From NCBI GenBank assembly GCA_051294375.1, contig CM119266.1, forward strand, positions 8,936,372 through 8,952,440: 16,069 nt of DNA, read 5' to 3'. The position numbers and the translations under genes are program-made. A model generated the notes under the pieces. It saw nothing but the letters and a program-made list of their open reading frames with translations, ran no database searches and had not been told where the DNA came from. This stretch comes from Paraspadella gotoi. Taxonomy: Eukaryota > Animalia > Chaetognatha. Positions 1 to 10,022 of the stretch are shown here, in pieces; the first letter of the stretch is position 1; every line of letters starts with the position of its first letter.

Positions 1-45
1 CTGTCGAGCTCTAACAGGCTTTCCCTTTTCTAAAAATATGACTGA

Positions 46-326
46 GAGAACAATCAACAAGACGAGCATACCGCAGAGCAAAGCGCCGAAGTTGACTTTA
101 ACAACCAGAGCAACTGTGAGCCTCTGACCCACATCGTCCGAAAAGAAAACCTTTCTTCACTCTGCGACCAAACGCCGTTTGTTCACAATCTCTGTTTCAC
201 GCTCGTTGATCCCGTGAACCCGATTTTCACTGTTGTTCTTTCAGTCTTTGTTGTTATTGTTGTCGTTGTTGTATTCGCATTCAAACTCGTTCTTCCAGAA
301 TCTTTGCCGTCATTCGAATCAACCCC
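46..326 (+). CDS. Possible exon fragment: stop-free frame of 93 codons with a hydrophobic TM-like stretch (speculative)
   Basis: Frame +1 is open from the TGA at 43-45 to the gap: ENNQQDEHTAEQSAEVDFNNQSNCEPLTHIVRKENLSSLCDQTPFVHNLCFTLVDPVNPIFTVVLSVFVVIVVVVVFAFKLVLPESLPSFEST. No ATG and no recognisable domain; the Val run overlaps a (GTT)-like repeat. Confidence 0.15.
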
Positions 327-820
327 NNNNNNNNNNNNNNNNNNNNNNNNNNNNNNNNNNNNNNNNNNNNNNNNNNNNNNNNNNNNNNNNNNNNNNNNNN
401 NNNNNNNNNNNNNNNNNNNNNNNNNNNNNNNNNNNNNNNNNNNNNNNNNNNNNNNNNNNNNNNNNNNNNNNNNNNNNNNNNNNNNNNNNNNNNNNNNNNN
501 NNNNNNNNNNNNNNNNNNNNNNNNNNNNNNNNNNNNNNNNNNNNNNNNNNNNNNNNNNNNNNNNNNNNNNNNNNNNNNNNNNNNNNNNNNNNNNNNNNNN
601 NNNNNNNNNNNNNNNNNNNNNNNNNNNNNNNNNNNNNNNNNNNNNNNNNNNNNNNNNNNNNNNNNNNNNNNNNNNNNNNNNNNNNNNNNNNNNNNNNNNN
701 NNNNNNAAAAAAAGTAGATCCCTCTCTGCCACCTCGTCTTTTCTCTATGTCATCATATCATACATCTTTTATACTTTGTTTGGTTCTCAAGGGCAGACTG
801 AAATAAGTAGATAGAAAGAG

Positions 821-835
821 AGAAAGAAAGAAAGT

Positions 836-923
<88 letters not shown>

Positions 924-925
924 AA
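821..925 (+). repeat. (AAAG)n tetranucleotide microsatellite
   Basis: Near-perfect AAAG run of roughly 25 units with one GTAAG interruption. Confidence 0.97.
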
Positions 926-1217
926 AGAAGTGTTGTCCACAGATGTTTACATCCAATCCGATGCTCATTAATAAATCATCGGTTGTTAACTAATAATTTG
1001 TCAAACAAAATCTCAGTCAATTATCAGCCTCTAAGACCCGAAACGACGAGGCCCCCTTGCGCCGCCACAGATGTCGCCCCGTCAGAAATAACAAACAAAC
1101 TCGGGGTTTTCGTCTGCATCTTTGATGAAAATCCAGACTTCTTCACTTAACGAAACTCATTTATTTTTCAAGTCTCAGTGACCATGGAGGATCGAATCAA
1201 GGATGACACTCATTGTT

Positions 1218-1358
1218 GAGGGGAGAGAGAGAGAGATGTGAGAGGAGAGATGATAAAGAGAGATGGACGATGAAGTAGAGATGGATGAGAGAGCGAGAGA
1301 AGAGACGACAGAGACGCAGAGAGAAATGGAGAGAGAGAAGAGAGAAGAAGAAGAGAAC
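1218..1358 (+). repeat. Degenerate GA-rich low-complexity tract
   Basis: Interrupted (GA)n, almost all purine. Confidence 0.8.
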
Positions 1359-2045
1359 ATGAACGTTTCAGTTTGTGCTTACAGATGAATAGCGGGCAAG
1401 AGGACGAGGAGAAGAGAACTCGCACGGAGAATTAGAATTCTGTGAAGAGGAAGAGAAAGAGAAGGTGATAAATTAGGAATACTTGGCATTATATTATTTA
1501 AGAAATATATTATCTCAGTGACGCCGTATTAAGAAAATGTTCTTGTTTCGAGTCAGTAAATGTAATTAGCGATATTTATTTATGAATTATTGGTTTAGTA
1601 AAAAAGGTTTACAGGGCTGAAGGGTTTTTATAGAATAGGGAGATGATTAAAATAATAATAGATAATTTTTTATTGTGGCTCTCGATTTCATCTCCTTCCT
1701 CCGTAATCCGCTCTATAAGTGATGGTTAAAGATGATGGAGAAGAGAATGTTTTGATAGTTTTCCCCACTCATTGGCCGCCCCCATCCTCCCCCTCTTTCC
1801 CCCTGTCTTTCTCCCCCGGCTCACCCCTCACCCCCATCGCGACCCCCTCACCCCCTCAACTCCCATCGATCCAACCCTCGAATCCCCCCTCAAATCCCGC
1901 CGTGCGAATCCCCCCAGGGACAAAATTTAGAACCAGGAAAACTCAGTCCCCGGAAGAGGATACATTTGCCCCTTTTTTTCTCTCTTTTTTTTCCTCGAAA
2001 TCTTTATTACTTTTTTATCCATATTTTCGGCCCTCGAAGCAGGGG

Positions 2046-2051
2046 TCTCTC

Positions 2052-2093
<42 letters not shown>

Positions 2094-2112
2094 CATCTCT
2101 CTCTCTCTCTCT
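2046..2112 (+). repeat. (CT)n microsatellite, interrupted
   Basis: Read directly from the sequence. Confidence 0.95.
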
Positions 2113-2501
2113 TCTCCGTGACGAACGAAATTAGGTAAGGACGAGATGAGATGGTCGGAGAAAGATGGAGGTGAGTCCAAGAAAAGAGGGTAAGGAAGCG
2201 AGAAAGTAAATGAGAAAGAGAGAGTGAAAAATGGTGGAAAAAAAGAAAGAAAGAGAGAGACAGAGAGAGAGAGAGCTCGAGACAGAGTATGTAAAACTCT
2301 AACAAATGTCTCAGACTGTCCACTTCCTAACTTGTAACGATTACTGGCTGGATTGATGAACTGATTTACAGATAGATTGATAAATATCTAGAGCCAAATT
2401 CAAGGATAGCTGGATGAATGAAGGAAGGAATTCAAACGTTTGGAAGGATTATGGGACCATTACCCACTGAAGGATAAACGCTCGAATAAAGTTCAGATAA
2501 A

Positions 2502-2700
2502 CGGAACGGACGGATGGACGGACGAATGGATTAATGATCCAATTCGTGCCATGAAAAAAAAACCCGAAAATGGTTTTGCGGTCGCTGAGTCTTTCGAATG
2601 TTTAGACGGAGAATCGGACGGACGGACGGACGGACGATGGGTCGGGCCGCCGGTCAGCAAAGGTGGTGAGTTAATGGACGGACGGACGGACGGAGGGATG
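2502..2700 (+). repeat. Three clustered (GGAC)n tracts (~2502-2525, ~2615-2636, ~2676-2694)
   Basis: GGACGGACGGACGGAC runs separated by unique sequence. Confidence 0.85.
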
Positions 2701-3472
2701 CTCGGCTGCGCTTGAAGGATCTTGAAGAGAGAATACTAATATTGAGGGTATAGCAATAGATCATGAACTGGCTTGTACCTGTGAACATTTTTAAATAAAA
2801 AAAAATTATTTTTTTATTTTTCAATTTTTTTATACGCCCATATTTATATAGAGTACTTACCATTTAAAATGTTTTTTTCCTATTTTGAAAGAAGATTCGA
2901 ATTCCTCACGAAAAGTTGATGAAAGGAAATATAACTCTTTTTAGAAAATTATTTCATTAAGTGGGTCAAAATCCTGAAAAACTGTTATAGTTGACCTATA
3001 ATTTAATTTTAGTATAAAAATTAGAGTTTTAAAAAAGTTTTAAAGAAAGAATTTTTGATTAAGACTTATATTGTTTTTTATCAACTTTTTATGAAAAATT
3101 CGAATCTGCTTTAAAAACTAAAAAAAAAAATTAAATTTTGACATTTTCTATGGTATTAAAAAAAATGACAAGACTGTTCATGAGCAACTATTCGAATTTC
3201 CATCTGCAACTTTCACTCCGCCTTAATGAATACACTGTACTTAAACTGGCTGGAATTGGGTGAAATATGGTGGTTGAACGTTGGGCCCAAAGGTGGTTGG
3301 GGGTGGTTCTCGTTGTTGTCGTTGTCGTTGTCCCGCATCATTATGGGATCGAAGTGGGTAAGGGTTAGTTAAGCGGCTTAGCCCGGAGGTAAGTTCCGTC
3401 CAATCGAGAAGGTCAAAGGCCGAGGCGGGCGAAAAATTGCGATTTAGCGACAAATCGGACTTCTGCCTACTG

Positions 3473-3584
3473 ACGACGGACGGATGACGTACGACGACGT
3501 ACGACGACGAACAAGATTCATGAAAAAGGTGCTCTTCTATGTCCCCGACCGACGACGACGCACGACGACGACGACGACGACGAC
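3473..3584 (+). repeat. (ACG)n trinucleotide tracts (3473-3510 degenerate; 3550-3584)
   Basis: Read directly from the sequence. Confidence 0.9.
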
Positions 3585-4430
3585 CCAAGCGATTAAGACG
3601 CCAAGGTCGAAATTTCTTTCTTTTTTCTTTCTTTTCTTTTTTTCGCCTATTTCGACCGTCAGAAGTTTCTTTATCCTATTTTTTCTCTTTTTTTTGCGTG
3701 GCTTTTTTTTCTGTTGATAAAAAAAAATACTGGAAAAGATTAAGTTTCATATTCGTAAATTTATTCGATGTGTTGTCGCCTTTTCAAGAGGTTTTTTTTC
3801 TCCCTTCGCGCTTTAGCGACCGGTGGGATTAAAATTCTCGTTGAGGTTTAAATACGAGTAGCGAGAAACAAGATTTTGAATTTTAAAATTTTTTGTCGTA
3901 CAAATTTGGTACCAAACACTAGGGAAATTCATTTGAGCGCTTCATGCACAAAAAATGAGCAAAATCGAGCGTCCCATGGCATTCAAAGTTATCGCCCCGA
4001 ACCCTCAGCCCAAAAATCGCTTTCCTCGCGTAATAAGTCGCCCCGTATGTCAAGGATTTCAATTTTGGTATCCATTAAAGATTTTGTACGTACGTAGCAC
4101 GTACGAGTCAAATCCTCGATTCCGGCCCCCAAAAGAGTCGAATAAAAATGGCTCGGGCGCGGGAATCTAAAAGCTGCTGGTTTTAATCGGAAGAAGTGCA
4201 TGTCATTTAGCCAAAAATAAAATTACCTCTATCTTTAAAATATTTATTAATCCTTGTCTATTTCTTAATAAACTTATTTTTATTAATATCTTTTTTGTAG
4301 AAATCCGGAATCAGTTTGTGCTCTGTTAATCTAATTTTTGAATTTAATTGGCTGTAACTTTAGACAATTTGGAAGGACGTTCAGATGATTTTGAGATACT
4401 CATTGGTACGTATTCTCGACGAAGACGATT

Positions 4431-4455
4431 NNNNNNNNNNNNNNNNNNNNNNNNN
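4431..4455. other. Assembly gap of exactly 25 N
   Basis: Counted directly. Same length as 10880-10904, whereas the other nine gaps (327-706, 4630-4820, 5729-5911, 6797-7371, 7645-8122, 8285-8404, 9245-9454, 10145-10445, 10537-10786) are 120-575 N. Confidence 0.95.
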
Positions 4456-4980
4456 ATTAAAATTCTCGTTGAGTTTAAATAGAGAGTCTTTGTAGGAAAT
4501 ACAAGTTGTGTTTGTTTGCAATAAAAGTTAGTAAAAGTATCACTCACTTTTAGGTGGAAAAAATTATTGTAAAACGGTATGCTTGACACATGATGAATAA
4601 AGTAAATTAGTAAAATAAACGTTGGAACTNNNNNNNNNNNNNNNNNNNNNNNNNNNNNNNNNNNNNNNNNNNNNNNNNNNNNNNNNNNNNNNNNNNNNNN
4701 NNNNNNNNNNNNNNNNNNNNNNNNNNNNNNNNNNNNNNNNNNNNNNNNNNNNNNNNNNNNNNNNNNNNNNNNNNNNNNNNNNNNNNNNNNNNNNNNNNNN
4801 NNNNNNNNNNNNNNNNNNNNTCAGTCCGACGGAGTCCGTATGTCAAAATAAGGAGTCCTGGCCATAACGGAGTCCAATCGATTTATGGTTTCTTTCCCGA
4901 TCGGCTCACTGCTTCTTCCACATCGGCTCACGACTGGTCAACAGTTTGCGTCGCGACGAAGACCGCATGGTTAAACAAAT

Positions 4981-5002
4981 ACAACAACAACAACAACAAC
5001 AA
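4981..5002 (+). repeat. (AAC)n microsatellite, ~7 units
   Basis: Read directly from the sequence. Confidence 0.9.
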
Positions 5003-5322
5003 AAACAAAGAGAAAACTCGACCAAGCCGAAAATTCGCCCGTCAACGTCATGAAGCGCTTAGCTCCCTCAACTGCTAGCTGACCGACTGACCGACCGATG
5101 AAACAAGACGCCGACGCTGATCCCCCTTTCAACTCTAATGACCACCGGGGGAGAGGGGGAATGGTTGGGGTGGATCGTCGTGATCTCAGTCGCATTTGAC
5201 CCCCTTCCTCACTTCTCACCCCTTACCACCAACCCCTCCGCCCTTTAACACAAACGGTAAAGAGAAAAAAAAAGTTGATAGAAGGGAATTTGAGTTATGA
5301 CGTTCATAAACAAAGACGCCAT

Positions 5323-5381
5323 CCTCATTGGCCGACCCCTTTCTCACTCCCTCATTGGCCGACCCCTTTCTCACTCCCTCA
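5323..5381 (+). repeat. Perfect 27-bp tandem duplication containing an inverted CCAAT box, followed by (CTCA)n
   Basis: CCTCATTGGCCGACCCCTTTCTCACTC at 5323-5349 and 5350-5376, then a partial unit. Confidence 0.92.
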
Positions 5382-5399
5382 CTCACTCACTCACTTACT

Positions 5400-5728
5400 T
5401 CTCACTCCAACCTTTTTTTTCTCTTTCCCCCCCCTTTATTTTTTATTCTCTTATTCTCTTTTTCTCTCCCTTTTTTCCTTTCTTTTTCTCTCTTTTCGTA
5501 TTTTTTTCAAATCTCTTATCTCTTCCTTTTTCCTTTTCTACTTTTTCCTTCTCTCTTCGTTTCTAGTTTTTTTTTTCTTTTTACCCCTCTTTCTTTATAT
5601 TTCATTTTTTTTACTTTTCTTTCCTCCTTTTTCCTTCTTTTCATTTCTCCTTTGTTTTTCTTTTTCCTTTCTCGTTTTTTACCTCCTTTTCCTTTTCTCC
5701 TTTTCTCCTTTTCTCCTTTTCTCCTTTT
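5400..5728 (+). repeat. Polypyrimidine (T/C) tract ending in (TTTTCTCC)n at a gap
   Basis: About 330 nt almost devoid of G, with an octamer repeat at ~5693-5728. Confidence 0.9.
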
Positions 5729-6283
5729 NNNNNNNNNNNNNNNNNNNNNNNNNNNNNNNNNNNNNNNNNNNNNNNNNNNNNNNNNNNNNNNNNNNNNNNN
5801 NNNNNNNNNNNNNNNNNNNNNNNNNNNNNNNNNNNNNNNNNNNNNNNNNNNNNNNNNNNNNNNNNNNNNNNNNNNNNNNNNNNNNNNNNNNNNNNNNNNN
5901 NNNNNNNNNNNAAAAAAAATCCCGCGGTCGGTCCTTCATTCTCGTTCCGCTCGTGGGGTTAGGAAGTTCCAAATTGGTTTAAAAAAGCTTTCAAATATTA
6001 AATATATCCTCTGTAAAACATTCCTGATATTTTAGATTGATATCAATCGTAATTTGATGTTAATTTTAAACGTTATATATCTTAATGAATAGTTTAGGAT
6101 ATTACAGCCAGGTAGAAACTGTAGTTGTAGGTAAGAAGTAAGATCATTAATTTGGTTTAATTTTGAAGTAAGAATCATTTTTTAAAAAAACAAGGAACAG
6201 TCTACCGCCGTTTTCAACTGTGGTGAGGCGCGGTAAGGAGCGAGGGTAAGGTGTAGGAAAGGGCGACTTCGCGGTCGAATACA

Positions 6284-6655
6284 TTCCCGCCAAAGTAGCC
6301 AAGGGTAATGGCTCAGCGGGCGCCACGCTCTGTACTTTCCATTTAGAATTTCGCAGCTGCTTCTCGCTTTTGCGTCAGCGGCTGATGTTTTTTAGCCGTT
6401 TTCTTTTCAGTTTTTTTTTTTTTCAGTTTTTTTGGTTTTTTTGTTTAGATGTTCTGTCGCTCTTTGCTGTTTTTTGTTTTAATAAATAACACGAATTAAA
6501 GAGAAAAACTAATAATTTAAATTTGACGTCAAGCGAACCTCGACAATCTGCAACTGAAACTCCCTCTTTCTCTGGATCCGTATATATCGCCGATAGATGT
6601 CGCTTCACGTTTTCGGTTCCTCGTCCCTTTTCTCGGAAAAGCGCATCGCGGGAAA
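6284..6655. promoter_or_regulatory. Candidate promoter-like motif cluster (E2F-type x2, CRE palindrome, CTCF-like)
   Basis: TTCCCGCCAAA 6284-6294; TTGACGTCAA 6523-6532; TAGATGTCGC 6594-6603; CGCGGGAAA 6647-6655. Motif matches only. Confidence 0.2.
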
Positions 6656-7494
6656 AAACAAAAGAGCAACGCGTCGGCGATAGATAAAAAAGAAAAAGGA
6701 AAGAAGGAAAAGAAGATAAAAGAGAAAAGGCGGTGAACCAGAAATAGGAAGCGTTGATTGATCGGTTGTCGCCGACCAGATATCCGGTGCTGCGGCNNNN
6801 NNNNNNNNNNNNNNNNNNNNNNNNNNNNNNNNNNNNNNNNNNNNNNNNNNNNNNNNNNNNNNNNNNNNNNNNNNNNNNNNNNNNNNNNNNNNNNNNNNNN
6901 NNNNNNNNNNNNNNNNNNNNNNNNNNNNNNNNNNNNNNNNNNNNNNNNNNNNNNNNNNNNNNNNNNNNNNNNNNNNNNNNNNNNNNNNNNNNNNNNNNNN
7001 NNNNNNNNNNNNNNNNNNNNNNNNNNNNNNNNNNNNNNNNNNNNNNNNNNNNNNNNNNNNNNNNNNNNNNNNNNNNNNNNNNNNNNNNNNNNNNNNNNNN
7101 NNNNNNNNNNNNNNNNNNNNNNNNNNNNNNNNNNNNNNNNNNNNNNNNNNNNNNNNNNNNNNNNNNNNNNNNNNNNNNNNNNNNNNNNNNNNNNNNNNNN
7201 NNNNNNNNNNNNNNNNNNNNNNNNNNNNNNNNNNNNNNNNNNNNNNNNNNNNNNNNNNNNNNNNNNNNNNNNNNNNNNNNNNNNNNNNNNNNNNNNNNNN
7301 NNNNNNNNNNNNNNNNNNNNNNNNNNNNNNNNNNNNNNNNNNNNNNNNNNNNNNNNNNNNNNNNNNNNNNNGAGAGAGAGAGAGAGAGACAGAAATAAAC
7401 AATATTTTCCGATACAAATGGGTGGAATTCGGGCGTTGAGGCTTCGTCGTCATCTTCGGTTTGGGTGAGACTCTTTGGGTCGGTCGAAAGGGAT

Positions 7495-7569
7495 ATGGCA
7501 AAATGGAGAATCGAGTGGCAGAAACGGAAATGGCAAAATGAAAGAATCGAGTGGTAGAAACGGAAATGG
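7495..7569 (+). repeat. 35/36-bp tandem duplication
   Basis: ATGGCAAAATGGAGAATCGAGTGGCAGAAACGGAA (7495-7529) and ATGGCAAAATGAAAGAATCGAGTGGTAGAAACGGAA (7530-7565), then ATGG. Confidence 0.9.
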
Positions 7570-8174
7570 GAAGTGACTTATAAGAAATGTAATCTTTCAA
7601 TCTTTATTATATTGATGAATTGTAAAAACAATAAGTAAAACTTCNNNNNNNNNNNNNNNNNNNNNNNNNNNNNNNNNNNNNNNNNNNNNNNNNNNNNNNN
7701 NNNNNNNNNNNNNNNNNNNNNNNNNNNNNNNNNNNNNNNNNNNNNNNNNNNNNNNNNNNNNNNNNNNNNNNNNNNNNNNNNNNNNNNNNNNNNNNNNNNN
7801 NNNNNNNNNNNNNNNNNNNNNNNNNNNNNNNNNNNNNNNNNNNNNNNNNNNNNNNNNNNNNNNNNNNNNNNNNNNNNNNNNNNNNNNNNNNNNNNNNNNN
7901 NNNNNNNNNNNNNNNNNNNNNNNNNNNNNNNNNNNNNNNNNNNNNNNNNNNNNNNNNNNNNNNNNNNNNNNNNNNNNNNNNNNNNNNNNNNNNNNNNNNN
8001 NNNNNNNNNNNNNNNNNNNNNNNNNNNNNNNNNNNNNNNNNNNNNNNNNNNNNNNNNNNNNNNNNNNNNNNNNNNNNNNNNNNNNNNNNNNNNNNNNNNN
8101 NNNNNNNNNNNNNNNNNNNNNNTCATATTATTATTAATGACGTAGTAAAAGATTCGTTGGTTGCGCGATTTAAT

Positions 8175-8283
8175 ATTACAATTACGATTATCATTTAGGT
8201 TTGACGGCAAATATAATAAGGAATTCGTTATTAGACAAATTCCATGTTTGCCGTTGAACCTGAATAATGATCGTAATTTTAAT
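8175..8283 (+). repeat. Imperfect ~110-nt hairpin (40-bp ungapped inverted repeat)
   Basis: 8175-8214 vs the reverse complement of 8244-8283: 33/40 identical, no gaps. An inner GGAATT/AATTCC stem lies at 8220-8243. A noisy copy is at ~13773-13885. Confidence 0.85.
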
Positions 8284-9002
8284 TNNNNNNNNNNNNNNNN
8301 NNNNNNNNNNNNNNNNNNNNNNNNNNNNNNNNNNNNNNNNNNNNNNNNNNNNNNNNNNNNNNNNNNNNNNNNNNNNNNNNNNNNNNNNNNNNNNNNNNNN
8401 NNNNGAGATGCCTTGACGAGATGTTGTTTACTTTTTAGAAAAATCCCGTTTAAAATTTCTTCTTCTTAAAAAAAAGCCAGACGTTATTTTTCATTTCTTA
8501 CTTGTGAGGCTAAAAATAATTTCGACAACAGACTGAAAAAAAAAAATTTAAAAACATAGTAAAAGAGTCTCGGGGATAAGGAGGGCGTTTCAAAGAGACT
8601 TCACCTTTGGTCGAAAATGACCGTTTAAAACCTTTTTTTCAGTATCTGTGTTAAACTTCTCATAATTTTCTTCACTTTCGCTTTTCATGCATCTCTATTG
8701 GATTTCTAAGTTGTCAAATCAGATTCATTGTGGTACATGCACTGCGACTTTTTCTCTCTCTCCCTCTCTTTCTCAACCCTGCTCTCTCTCTCTTTCTCTC
8801 TCTTGCTGGGCCGAGAAATTTTACTTAGTGGTTTAGAATATTTATCAATATACTCGTAATATACCAATACAGTTTTCAAGATTGATTATATTTCTCTACA
8901 CATCTCTTCACAATAGGATAAAAATATTTTCTCAAGCTAAAAAAATACAGTTTCGACGCTCCGCTCTGTCAACTTCACGGCAAAAATAAATTGCAATTAA
9001 CA

Positions 9003-9007
<5 letters not shown>

Positions 9008-9059
<52 letters not shown>
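9008..9059 (+). repeat. (TC)26 microsatellite
   Basis: Perfect run; its inverted counterpart at ~13004-13092 is longer and interrupted. Confidence 0.97.
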
Positions 9060-9062
<3 letters not shown>

Positions 9063-9903
9063 ATGACAATCGTTCGCTTCGTGTTCCATCTGATTAAAAT
9101 TCATGTTGGGGAAATTTGCAGAAGTGGCGACAAGTCGAGAAAAATTGAATTCGACTTATACTATATTTGCGGTTCTTAGTAACTTACCATTGTTACATAC
9201 TAGAATGTAGTGAATTTGAGAGAAAAAGAGATATTCCATTAAATNNNNNNNNNNNNNNNNNNNNNNNNNNNNNNNNNNNNNNNNNNNNNNNNNNNNNNNN
9301 NNNNNNNNNNNNNNNNNNNNNNNNNNNNNNNNNNNNNNNNNNNNNNNNNNNNNNNNNNNNNNNNNNNNNNNNNNNNNNNNNNNNNNNNNNNNNNNNNNNN
9401 NNNNNNNNNNNNNNNNNNNNNNNNNNNNNNNNNNNNNNNNNNNNNNNNNNNNNNTATATCAACACATTTCTGTTAAGTTAAAGTTTATCCCACTTAGGTG
9501 CGTAATTACTATTTGCAAACAATGAAAATTGAGAGGTTCTCAATAGGAATAGGGTTAACAATAGGAAACTAGAACTAAATTAAGGAGTAAAAAATTTTAA
9601 GTTTTAACCAATGAGCTAAAATCTTCTCGAACTCGATTTTGTCATAGAAGAATTTTAATAATATAATTAAGCTTAAATTTTATTCCCCCCTACCAAAAAA
9701 AAATCCTTTTCTCCTGATTTTTCCTTTCAACACAAAGAAAACAAAAAGAAAAAAAAACAGAAAAAACACAAAGAAAACAAAAGAATAAATCCGAAGAGAA
9801 TAAAGAAAAAACTCATCTTTTTCCTTTTCCGTCATCACAAAAGGAGAAAAGGGAGAGGGGGGGGACGAAATCTGCTAAGAGGAAAAAATGTTCAGTGACC
9901 GGC

Positions 9904-10022
<119 letters not shown>

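Noticed and set aside
1218-2310. Possible inverted similarity of GA-rich tracts to the CT-rich region 14430-14740
   Set aside because: The matches are confined to low-complexity sequence and are not convincingly colinear.
5275-6035. 235-aa Phe/Leu/Ser-rich ORFs resembling membrane proteins
   Set aside because: They are translations of a polypyrimidine tract plus an N-gap; several frames are open simply because stops cannot occur.
6752-6762. CGTTGATTGAT (Pbx/Hox-type TGATTGAT) shared in inverted form with 10473-10483
   Set aside because: An 11-nt match without flanking similarity is expected by chance in a window this size.
7495-7569. 35/36-bp repeats as a CRISPR array
   Set aside because: Only two adjacent units with no spacers and no cas genes, in a eukaryote-like context.
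7372-7644. Outward extension of the large inverted repeat
   Set aside because: No reverse-complement match was found beyond 13944.
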